A DNA stretch of 25,134 nucleotides from Pseudogymnoascus verrucosus. Its lineage: Eukaryota. How positions within the stretch are numbered: position 1 is the stretch's first letter; each line of letters begins with the position of its first letter. Position numbers and translations under genes: made by a program. The notes under the pieces are model-generated. The model searched no databases. It was not told the origin of the DNA and was given only the letters and a program-made list of their open reading frames with translations. Shown here piece by piece: positions 10,830 to 21,233 of the stretch. Location: assembly GCA_001662655.1 (NCBI GenBank), contig KV460226.1; one strand, given 5' to 3'.

Positions 10830-11503
10830 ATGCCGTCTAAAACAGTACCCGTGATACCCTAGCGAGATGTTTCTGAGAGCAACACATCAGCGAAATGCCA
10901 CGTTACGATGGGAGACAAGGCTTACGATATCACGGAATTCCTAGATTCACATCCTGGCGGAAAAGATCTTCTTCTTGAGAACGGCGGAAAAGATATAACA
11001 GACATTGTGCAAAATAAAGGTTTGCATGCTCACTCCGAAGCTGCATACGACATTCTGGAGGATTATATATTGGGCTGGTTGCCTCTCACAAGGAAGTCAG
11101 TGAGCTCAAGCAGGACAACCTAACTAAAGGCGTGCCCTCTACCACTATCTCATCTCCCTATGGATAAATACCGACTTGTTATGCCTCCTGCAATGTTTAT
11201 TATCCTTGCTCTCCCATTTTGGATGCTAGCACACACACTTTTTTGCTGGAGTTGGCATGTCGCTACTGCAGTCTTCTGTGGAGGTGTCTTTGGATATATC
11301 GGCTACGACTTAACACACTACTTTATTCATCATTCTCGGCTCTCATCATTCTACCAAGCTCAAAGAAATATCATCTTCAGCACCACTTCATGGATTACGA
11401 GAATGGATATGGGATCACCAGTCGCTTTTGGGACAGAATTTTCGGTACGGAACTAACGGAGCCAACCTCAATGGTGGCCAAGTCTATCAGCAAGCGATCA
11501 TGA
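10830..11503 (+). pseudogene. SCS7: SCS7/FA2H sphingolipid fatty-acid hydroxylase pseudogene (cytochrome b5 + hydroxylase remnants)
   Basis: MPSKTVPVIP*RDVS...YDITEFLDSHPGG (b5 heme motif) with in-frame TAG at 10860-10862; then jumps to LPMDKYRLVMPP...GYDLTHYFIHH with the central part missing; frameshift near 11360 before KKYHLQHHFMDYENGYGITSRFWDRIFGT. Confidence 0.88.
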
Positions 11504-11956
11504 CCTATGTTTTGTGCTTTTCTATTGAATAATATTGAATAGCCGGGTTAGACGGCGTTAAGGGCATATTACACCCTTGACACGGCAGAATAATGGGATT
11601 TCAACTAGTTAACCAGACGCTGAGCTTTGTAAAAGAAGCACTTTGAATTGCACAGCTTAGATGTTGCATAGAAGGCAGTATGCTAGTTTCATAAGTAAGC
11701 GTTGAGGATAACTGAAGAGCAGAGGAGGCATTTGAAAAGATCTAGTGTACTTTAATATTAAGGGAATTACTCTAACTTAAAACTGTTATGCTTATTTATT
11801 TAATCTTACCAGCTTCATCCTGCAACTGTTCCTATTTCATTAAACATCGCGTATTATGAACAAAATGCCCTTCCCAAATTGAGCTGAGTTAAGAGGAAGG
11901 TCGGCCCAAGGTACTCCAGTGTCAAATTCAAAGCCGGAATATCACAATACGCTGAG

Positions 11957-13896
11957 TCATGTTAAAGTGGCCGTGACCGTACGAAACTCGTCTTCCTGTC
12001 CTAGTACCGTTCCCATCGGTGTCCTGACCCCATTGGCATTTGGAATGTTTAGCAGCTCTCGGCCAATAGCTTTCATCTCTAGATTCGTCCTCCTGCCTAG
12101 TGGCCAAACTTCCGTAAACTCCTTTAAGGCCCCAATACCAAGACGGATGCGCTCTCGACCCTCGGCGGCTTTATTAGACTCAAGCACCAAGTTGCAGGCG
12201 GCCATTTGGCCCATGATGGCCATAGCAACACCGCATATTATTAGAGGCGTGTGCTTCAGAATAGGGGTTGGAAGGGCCATCATGCCAAGCAATGTTTCAA
12301 GACACGAGAGTGTCTTGTTGGTGTGGAGCGCGTAAGCTTTTTGCCTCATCCTCGTCATTTGTTCTGATGAAGGCGTAACTGTGCATTTTGACGAGCCTTC
12401 CACACCGCTATAGGCGAGACGTGATCTTGGGCGATGAAGGTAGAGCACGAGTCTATGTCAAATCAGCATCAAATATTTGCGAACGAATTGCGTCAGAATA
12501 GTATTTGTGCGAGCTGCTTTCAAATTAAGTACTTACAAATTGATGAGCATGTGCGCTTGAAAATTTACTTCATCCATCTTTCCACTCTCATGGATTATCT
12601 GCTTCTTAGATTCTGGCAGATGAACGACCCAGCTGACCAGTTTTGCATTTGCTGCGGTTGCCGCATGGTCAGAAGGCTCTCCAGCTTGGCTGATGGTTGG
12701 TAGTACAGAGCTGATGATTCGCGCCCCATCAATAAGGTAAGTAAATGACGAGAAAGCAATTTCTTCATCTGAAAACTCTCGAGTTTCATACTCCAGTAAT
12801 GATTTCGGAGCTGGTATATTCTGCAGATTCGATTTAGTCCAACTTGTAAGAGCTCTTGTGGAGTTCAACTTACTCCTTTGGCATACTCTCGCTCCTCGCA
12901 AGGCAGATCAACGTCAGTTGGGATATTTGACAGCCTAAATGATGTCTCATGCATAACACCAGCGAATGTGCCATCCATAATGAAGAGCAGCCACCACGTC
13001 CTCCTCCAGCTTTCTTCTAAAACAGCGTTACCTTCTCCGTTCGCTTGTGCAAATGACCTAGACTGCATTTTAATCTCTAACGCCATAGTGATAGCCCTGT
13101 CAAGGAGTACCCGAGACTCTTCAAAATTGTTACAGCAGTGCGTCGCTAATGCAAAAAGCATGAGAGCTTGCACGGAGAAGCCAGTCATCGGTAGATTCCC
13201 TGCTGACAGCTGAACACTTACTTTGTGCCTCAGATATTCCGATGCTATATGTGGAGTGTATAGCGATCCAATATATTCCATCACGTGCTCTACCTGTTCT
13301 AGGGATACCGGGTTCGATTGAAGCCGTGAGATTAGATAGCCCCGAGGCAAAGTAATAGGATGGGCGTCATGAAAATACGTGTAGTATGAGTCGAGAAACT
13401 GCATTGTCGAGTAGTCACGGTCATGAAACGAGCTGAGACCACTAGAGGCTTCAGAAGTCTCGGGCGTCGTACCGTTAGGAAATAATGCCGGCACTGCAAT
13501 GTTCGCAGGTTGATATTGAAGCGGACCGTGTAGGTCTAAACCTTCAGGCCAATGAGGATCCAAAGCAGTCTTTTTCCGCCGCCCCTTTGAGCGCTGTCCA
13601 CCCCTCCTTGACTTCGTATAAGAGCAAGTGCGATTGTCCGACTGACATTTTGAGCAGGACGGAGTCCGCGCGTCACACCTGATGTGGCGTGTTCTGCACG
13701 GTATGCAGGCCAGTGAGACCCTAGATCCAGCTTTTGGGTCTACTTCTGCACATCCAGCTTTTGGGTCTGCTTCTGCACCCTCTGCCACTTCAAGCTGGTC
13801 TAGATGCATGTAGAATTCGTCTTGCTGGTAGGAGAAAAGGTCGGCATCAAAGTAGAAATCCGTATCCAGGTCTAGCTGTGATGAACTCATATTCAC
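11957..13896 (-). CDS. Zn(II)2Cys6 transcription factor with fungal-specific TF domain (exons 13896-12874, 12820-12537, 12452-11957; 3' end uncertain)
   Basis: ACIPCRTRHIRCDARTPSCSKCQSDNRTC binuclear cluster; YYTYFHDAHP and EESWRRTWW...DLPCEE middle-homology motifs; in-phase introns 12873-12821 and 12536-12453. Confidence 0.93.
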
Positions 13897-15110
13897 ATGC
13901 TATAGAGATGGCTACTGTGTAATAGTATGAAAGGCCCCTTGTGGTGGTAACATATATTGTCAAATAGAGTTGATTGTGTAGTGGGAGGAGTTGTACGAAG
14001 GCCTGAAAAAGATGAGGCTGCACAACGCGGAGCCAGTTCCGTTGAATTGATTTACGGGTGGCGAAGTAACCCGTGATTAGGAAACGGGACAAAAACAATA
14101 CAGAGCGACGCTCTATGAAACCCAAAATAACCCAATGGTCGAAGTTTCTAGTTATTAAACGTGCCAAAGTATAGGTTTTGGTGAATTCCTATCATGCTCT
14201 CGTCGTAAAGATAATTCTCCTCAGTGCAACATTAAAAATTGCTCCGTGGTGGTGAGTCAGCCGGGTCAGCCCGGGTTCTCTCGTCATGGATCCCCAAACG
14301 GGCATCATCCTCGCAAGTCCGCCATCCTGCTAGTCTGCTCGGCGGATTATTATACCGTGGGATCCTACTGTGGCAGCGGCTTTTTTATGGAAGTTAAATT
14401 AGGCTAATAAAAAAGGAAACATAACCGATTTAAATTTCCAAGTGTCACCAGAGGTGTCGAGAGTGCAATACGCAACGACATAATACTAATCACACTCACA
14501 TTCACATTCACGCTTATCCAATAGCAACCGTTGCGGGACAAGATTAAGATCATGGTTCTGGTGTCGGAACGTCCCGGATCCGCAGCCGTTGCATACTGCA
14601 TTACGTTAGAATTATTTGCTTGTTAGAGGGATGACTTGAGTTGCGGGTTAATCAAATTCCCATTAGATGTGTGGAACTGTGGCCTACGTAGCCTTACATC
14701 CAGTTATGCATTATCTAGTTTACATTTATAGAACCGTAACCATAAAACGAACATATTATAAATATTGTCAAGGTCTCTACATGTTGGGATATTGCTACTA
14801 TAGTTGCATAAAATATAATAATATTGTTGCGCCTTTTAGTAATTACCGTCATCTAAAGCTAAAATACCACTGACTGCAGAGTCCAACAGATGAAAATGGA
14901 GAAAATGGAATGCGTCCTAAATAATTACAGAACTTTCTCATTTTATAACTATAGTACATTCTACAAACCATTCGATGTCGTGCTACTGTGGTGGCAGGCG
15001 ACATCCCTCCTGCACAAGACCGTCTAACCGCTTTATGGCAACCTTTATTATAACCCGTCTAAACTCATTTGCGTAAAATCGGTAGTCTCATGCCCTATGT
15101 TATACACCTT

Positions 15111-17141
15111 TCACTTAGAGAACTTTTGTCTCGTTGGCCTGCAGTGAGTGATGTTAGCCATACTCAACATACAGGTTGACGTAGAACTTACTTCAGCAAC
15201 AACGTCGCCACAACTGTCAGGGCAGCCCCAAGCAGACTAACAATGTAAGTATTCTTAATCGCATCTACCACCACAACCATAATTTTCTGCTGCACCTCAA
15301 TAGTCTGTGCGAGGATCGACTGTTTATCTGTTCCCTGAATAATCGCCCGCACTGTCTCAAGTGGCGTGCTAGGTGGCAGCAAAGCCGCCACGGACTTCTG
15401 CGCGACGTTCAGAAACAGGGAGCCGGAAACACACAGCGCAACGGTTAGCCCAACATACTGTGCCATGCAAATAAAACCTATGGTGGAGGGAATATCATGT
15501 GCCTTGACTTTAAATTGTGCAACAGAGTAGAAGAGCTGACCGACAGCGCCCGCCCCTACGCCAACCAGGGAGCTATATCCGTAAACTTTAGACTGGCTGC
15601 TAGTGATGTTGACGTCCGCATCTAAATATTTTAATGAGATTAGAAACGATCCACCTCGAGAAACATCTCACCGAGGTACTTACAAAATAGAGCTTCACCG
15701 ATAGTGGCTAATATACCACCACAGAAGAACCAGGGCCACCAATGACCTGTCTTTGAGACGACGACTCCACCTAGCATTACCATAAAGACGTAGGTCATGA
15801 CAATAGGAAGCAATCGCACAGCTGCATCAACAGGGCCATCGCCATGGACCAACTGGAAGAATATAGGGATGTAATAGATTGGTACCTAGCATGCATTAGT
15901 TGACTCCTCATTAAAGGTTAACTCGGAATTAGGTTAATATACCAAAACCGATCCGGCGATCGACGCAGTTATGAGCCACAATAGTAGCATGTCTTTATTC
16001 AACATGAACTGAACTGGGAATATTCTGTCATCTTCTGTTGTTAGGATGCAAAACGTCTGCTGGAGTGCAAACAGGACGAAGAGCACAGCCGACGTGACAA
16101 ACAATCCAATCGTCTCCCCGCTGCCCCACAGGTAAATTGTACCCCCAAAACTTATCGCCATGACCCCTGAAACAGAAGCTCCGATTTCAAGAACAGCACC
16201 TAACCAATCCATCTTTGCCCCTCTTGCAGTGAAGGAGATCTGCTGTCCCTTTTTCGGATCCCAGCTAGGAACCATGAAGATGATGATAGGTCCGAAAATG
16301 CCAAAAATGACCTAAACAATCGTTAGTACGCTGGTCTGGTTAATATATATAGGGCCGTAGCGTTACGTTACCAGATTTATGTAGAACGCCCAGCGCCAGG
16401 TTGCACCACTCTCAGCAAAGGCCCCTCCAATGACTGGTCCAAGGACAAAGCCTGCACCCCAGCTGAGACCTGTGTAGCTCATGTATTTCGGACGTTCCTG
16501 TTCAGATGTGTTGACCGAAATAACTAGATAATGGTTTCGGTTAATAACATAAGATCGGATGTGATTGATATACTAACGTGTCAAAGATCCGATATAAACA
16601 CCAGAAGCACCCAGTCCAGCAATAGCCCTCCCCACGATCATTGCATTCATTGTAGGTGCAGCACCACAGAGCGCAGAGCCAATTTCAAATACCACAGATG
16701 AGATAAAGTATAAATGTTTAGCATCCCACAAGGTATAAACCTTAGACCAGACAAGAATAGTCGACATCGATGACAACGTGAACGCCGTTCCTAGCCAAGG
16801 AAGCTTCTCGATCTCACCCAATGTTAATACAACATTAATGCCAATGTCGGCAACAATGGTGTTGTCTAGGGCATAGAGGAATGTCGATCCCGTAATAGCA
16901 AAGACAACGAGGGCCCACTGAAATACACATGAGCTTGATACCAACATATCTAGATTGTGAAGCTTACTGTAAATCCCTGAACACTTCTGACTGGCATTTC
17001 TAAGGCCTCAGGATCGGCTGCAGGTGGGCCTGGAGGAACCTCAATATCGGCCTCCTTTTCGGCGAGAGCCTTTATTGATGCACCGTTATGGCTGAACAAC
17101 AAGTCATCTGGCCCAGCCGCTACTTGATCAAAATTCGGCAT
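15111..17141 (-). CDS. MFS drug:H+ antiporter, DHA2 (14-TMS) family (7 exons: 17141-16968, 16917-16578, 16523-16372, 16311-15943, 15885-15684, 15621-15192, 15138-15111)
   Basis: FLYALDNTIVA, FEIGSALCGAAPTMNAMIVGRAIAGLG, WRWAFYINL, MDWLG, PIYYIPIFFQ; six GT-AG introns all joining in phase. Confidence 0.93.
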
Positions 17142-17449
17142 CCTGTGAAGGGTTTCCGTACAAGGGTGGTGATGAGGTGAATATTACCGATTGTCATTTG
17201 CCTTAAAGAGCCTAGAAAACTAAGCGCAGGTCACCTTATATGAGGGCCTCGCTCGGGGTTTTCGGAGTGATCGAATCGTAAAAACCACCCGTTACGGGTA
17301 TTAAGGATAGGTTTTTACCCGTTAGTGGAGCTCTAGCCAACAGTGGCAGAAAAAGCGGAGATCCTAGGAAGGGTCACTATTTGACGGAGGAGATTGTGGC
17401 TTCTCGTTCTGGCTTTTGGGTTGCCGAGTACCCGTCGACTCCATCTGCA

Positions 17450-17542
17450 TCGATCCCCGAATACCCGCGGACCCGTAAGTTCAGATGTAGCACCTTGCCT
17501 GCTGCAAATCAGCACCTTAAACCATATCATAAGTCGTGAATC
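17450..17542. repeat. Duplicated non-coding module, copy A (upstream of the MFS gene)
   Basis: Aligns to 19728-19803: 17/18 then 45/58 identities with one 17-bp indel. Confidence 0.75.
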
Positions 17543-17799
17543 CTGCTGTAGAGATGATGTAAGTACGTCTTCGGCCCCCCTTAGCACTTTGCTTTCGTTG
17601 AAGCTCATACCTTAAATTCAGCAAATATGGTGTTTTTTAAAGTCGCAGACATGGAAGAGCCAAAGTACGATTTAACGTAAGCGATCGAATCAACCGATAG
17701 TATCCATTAGCTTAGCTGTAGTCCTCTCGCAGACGTCCATTCCCGGACCTTGAAGTCCTCTTTAAGTACAAATTTCTTAACACCCCCGACAAGTCGATC

Positions 17800-18147
17800 A
17801 TGGGAACGAAAGTGACCCACCCTCCGAACGCTTCAACGCCACCCTATACCCATGCCGGAGCATTCGTGGCGGTACACGTCCTCACAGGAAGCGTTCTCAA
17901 CAAGATGAACGACAATCCGATGATAGTTTTTACGAGGCTCCAGGATGCATGCAGACATCGTATTAACGATAATGCCTGCAAGACTGAGGAAGCGAGCCTG
18001 TTTGTCACGATGGTAATGGATACAGGAAAGATGGAGGCAATTCTGGAAAAAGATGGCGTAGCGGGGCTTGTTGTAATTGATGAGGAATACAGGCAGGAAG
18101 TGATGGCACAGATAATGAAGTTGCAGGCTGAACAACAGGGGTCCTGA
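17800..18147 (+). CDS. Hypothetical protein (115 aa), no family recognised
   Basis: ATG ORF with globular-looking composition, AT-rich tttaagta ~35-40 bp upstream and AT-rich 3' region; occupies the gap between the MFS promoter and the hydrolase. Confidence 0.55.
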   Translation: MGTKVTHPPNASTPPYTHAGAFVAVHVLTGSVLNKMNDNPMIVFTRLQDACRHRINDNACKTEEASLFVTMVMDTGKMEAILEKDGVAGLVVIDEEYRQEVMAQIMKLQAEQQGS

Positions 18148-18486
18148 AGGGAGCAGGGAGCATGAACCTGTGCCATAGGGAAATAGTGCAATATCACATA
18201 TGAATTGGAAGATCGTTGTATTAGAAGTTTAGAATGCTGAACTTAAAGTATATATCTACCGCGATTGCATAGGCAGACTTGTTAAATTAAATCGCAATTA
18301 GCAGGATAGTATTTAAGCAGCGAGATGGTGCTAATAAAGTTGAAGGATGTGTCTTCACCTTAGTGTTGTGTCACAACGTTCTCAACTATTTCATTAGCAA
18401 GCTTAGAAGAATTTGCAAAGGGAGGCATTGTTTTCTATTGCACAAACGTCTCAGAGCAGAATTGAACATAACAAGCTTTCCTTTTT

Positions 18487-19260
18487 CTATTCTGTAAATG
18501 ACGCCACGGCTTCTATTATGAAATCAACAGTTTCCTTCGGCCTGCTCAGCATCGGCGAATGGCTGCTCTCAACCTCTCGCAAGGTGATATTTGCATTGGA
18601 ATCCTTCGCAACTTGCACAAGCATCATCTGAGCCTGAACAGGGAAAGCCTTGTCCTCTGTACATGCCAAAAACCAAACCGGCACATCCTTCCAGCCAGCA
18701 TAAGAATGCTCGCCACCCTCCATCAAAGCTTTCAGCGACTGTTTCTTCAGTTTGGTGACCCAGTAATCGCCCTCTGCCTCGGGAAGGTCGTGGTAGAACA
18801 ATTCCCTAGGTGGAACTGTTATGATGGCAAAACCGCTCGGATCAGCCCTCCATGATGGCGGTGGTTTGCCGCCAAGACCGTCAATGAAGCTTACCCCTGT
18901 CTGGCCGAATCCTGAGGCCATCATGACGATGCCGAGGACGTAGCCGGATTGGTCGTTTGAAGATGGCGGAACATTTTGCTTGACGCGGGTGAGGCCTTTG
19001 ATTGCACTCTGGCCGACTGCACCGCCGTAGGAGTGCACAACAACTACAACATCATGCCCTTGTGTGGTCTCCGCTGCGATGGAATCTCGAACGGCGTCGA
19101 CGTCTTCTCCGAAAGTTGCTGAATCATTCCCCGCTGTTGATGGAAGAGCTACGGGTACACATTTGTACTGCTGCGCCTCTAAGAGTGAAGAAACTTTATC
19201 CCATGTTTCAGTACTGTGCCATGCTCCAGGCACCAATATGAGTGTGGGCTTATCAGACAT
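18487..19260 (-). CDS. Alpha/beta-hydrolase (Abhydrolase_6, esterase-like), intronless
   Basis: LILVPGAWH oxyanion region, VHSYGG nucleophile elbow, CTEDKAF acid and SSHSPMLSRP catalytic His. Confidence 0.93.
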   Translation of the reverse strand: MSDKPTLILVPGAWHSTETWDKVSSLLEAQQYKCVPVALPSTAGNDSATFGEDVDAVRDSIAAETTQGHDVVVVVHSYGGAVGQSAIKGLTRVKQNVPPSSNDQSGYVLGIVMMASGFGQTGVSFIDGLGGKPPPSWRADPSGFAIITVPPRELFYHDLPEAEGDYWVTKLKKQSLKALMEGGEHSYAGWKDVPVWFLACTEDKAFPVQAQMMLVQVAKDSNANITLREVESSHSPMLSRPKETVDFIIEAVASFTE

Positions 19261-19727
19261 AGTGAAGTGATGGGAATGCTGAGGTTAAGGACCAAAGCAC
19301 TGAGTAAATTGAGGAGCTGAAGGGAGCAGCTTAAATAGAGAAGAGTCGTAGATATTAGAACAGAACAAGCGGCGGACACAAGCCTTTACTTAACTTGGCA
19401 TTACTGCAAAGATTCCCTACCGCGCCACTCCGTAAATCTCTTCTCGGACCTTTTCACGGTTCTCGTCATATTCTAGGGGCTCAGCCCAGCCAAGGGTATG
19501 TGCATATGTCCGTGGAGGAGCTAGGACACCTCTCTGGGGCGACACTCGTCCACACGCACTGAGTAGGAGCTGGCCAATTGCCCGCTCCCCGAATACCATA
19601 CCCTGCAGAGCCAGGGGTATTCACTTGTAACGGGTACCCGCAAACCCGCTAACCAAATTTGGCAGATCTATATATCCGGCGACCCGTTGCCGGTAGCTCG
19701 CTTATCCCGCAAATCTGCACTGCCTAG

Positions 19728-19803
19728 TCGATTCCCGAATACCCGATGTGGCATGTTACGTGCTGGAGATCGGCCACTTAAACCATGTGATAACTCGTGA
19801 ATC
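19728..19803. repeat. Duplicated non-coding module, copy B (upstream of the hydrolase gene)
   Basis: See 17450-17542. Confidence 0.75.
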
Positions 19804-20093
19804 GTGTCGTTATGCTAAATTGTTTTGCAGTTTAGAAAGTGTACTGGTGTAGCGCCCATATGATGGTCCCGCGAGCCAAGCACTTGTTGTGCGGCGAGAA
19901 TGTGGGACGAGGACATATTCCCGCAATAGCCTATCGCTCGGGAAGGTGAAGTTTTTAATATCCTACAACAGATCGCTAATTATTATCTCGTCTTTCCGAG
20001 TTGCTCGCAGTTTCATATCGGTTTTACCATCAACTCTTTCCTCTTATTTAGTTTTCGCCTAAATTAGATTCTGTTCTACTAAGTCGTAAACCA

Positions 20094-20399
20094 CTTTAGA
20101 GAGAATTACTACTCTTATAGTAGACCCTAGTAATAGTATAAGAGTAGTAGAAGTGTTAATTTAGAGAGTAGTAATAAGATAGGATTAGTAGAAGAATTTA
20201 AGAATAGTAATAGGATTATAATAATAGTAATAACCTATCTACCTTATTCTCTAAACATAGGTAATATTACTATATTATAGTTAATACTAGACCTAATATT
20301 CCTCTTGGATTGTCTAATAAATCTATCTAAGAACATTTTCTAATTTATTTATACTTATAACATTTCTTCTTACTAGTTAATGACAGAAGTGGCTACTAG
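20094..20399 (+). repeat. Dispersed repeat copy 2, heavily RIP-like mutated and AT-rich
   Basis: Relative to 8368-8664 most differences are C>T/G>A: tggagagaattgct>tagagagaattact, cacgggt>cataggt, ttcgcgcttacgac>tttatacttataac. Confidence 0.88.
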
Positions 20400-20513
20400 C
20401 CCTCTACTATATTAAGTTCACGTCTAAAGGCAAGATTGTTATTACTTAGTAGGAGGGAGGACCTCTCTAAAGGTCATCCTCTATACTTATGTTTTAATAC
20501 AAGAACAAAAACC

Positions 20514-20574
20514 ACATACAACTATAGACTTAAGAGAATTACGCATCCCGTCCGCTCTGCCATACACATGCTTG
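20514..20574 (+). pseudogene. 5S rRNA gene, 5' half (nt ~1-61), interrupted
   Basis: acatacaactatagacttaagagaattacgcatcccgtccgctctgccatacacatgcttg contains the ascomycete 5S hallmarks ACATACRACYATA and CATCCCGTCCGCTCTGCCATACACAAGC. Confidence 0.88.
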
Positions 20575-21233
20575 TAATTCAGTGGCTTAATACTTTTAAT
20601 CGTGCTAATAGGCCTAGCGTGGAATCTGAGCCCCTTGCGGCCTTAAGGGGTGAAGCTAGGGTGAGCAGGGTGAGCAGGGTGAGGCGAAGCGATGATTTTG
20701 TGTCAATTTTCGTGTCAGTCTCGCGTCGATTTCTAATGGTACTAGAGTGTGGCCGTTTTAGCTTACGTACCTGTTCAGGTGCCTTGGTCTTATTTTCTAT
20801 GTTGCACCTGTGAGCCATAAATCTGAGCCACGTAAACTGAGACCCCCAAAAGGTGCAGAGGTGCCACATCAAAGCCACAAGACTGTGAAATTCACGTAAT
20901 TTGGAGATTTGGAGGAGGAACAAAACCAACGACATTCGAAGTTCTCACAGGCATGGCAATTCCATCTACTGGACAATAGTGATCTCATTCTATGATCATA
21001 GGCGCTCAGCAGTCATCGCTCGGTGGTGATTGGGGTGGCTGCGACTTCAGTTTATATAAAAGAATTTCCTGGCTAAAAATCCACTCTAGGCATAGCATTT
21101 CATTGCCCCGCCCCGTTATATAAGTTAAATAGCATTGATGCTTTATACAAAATATTTTGAAAGCAACCGAGTAGGCGTTTCCGCCTCCACGGACTTCCTC
21201 AATCAAAAACAACTAAACCGCAGAAATAATTGT

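Noticed and set aside
11830..11956. Extra C-terminal exon for the Zn2Cys6 TF (YSGFEFDTGVPWADLPLNS...)
   Set aside because: Same frame but behind two TGA codons, and I found no intron of plausible length with a valid acceptor; needs RNA-seq.
13724..13778. 27-bp tandem duplication (AEADPKAGC/AEVDPKAGS) in the TF N-terminus
   Set aside because: Real but in-frame, in a probably disordered linker; no evidence of significance.
8368..20399. The two direct repeats as LTRs of one retrotransposon
   Set aside because: No TG...CA termini, PBS/PPT or gag-pol remnants; the copies differ strongly in mutation load and indels.
20436..20935. ORFs 20436-20813 (+) and 20579-20935 (-) as a captain/tyrosine recombinase remnant
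   Set aside because: No recognisable DUF3435 or YR motifs; the plus ORF runs through the 5S half. A TBLASTN with captain proteins would be needed to exclude a very decayed fragment.
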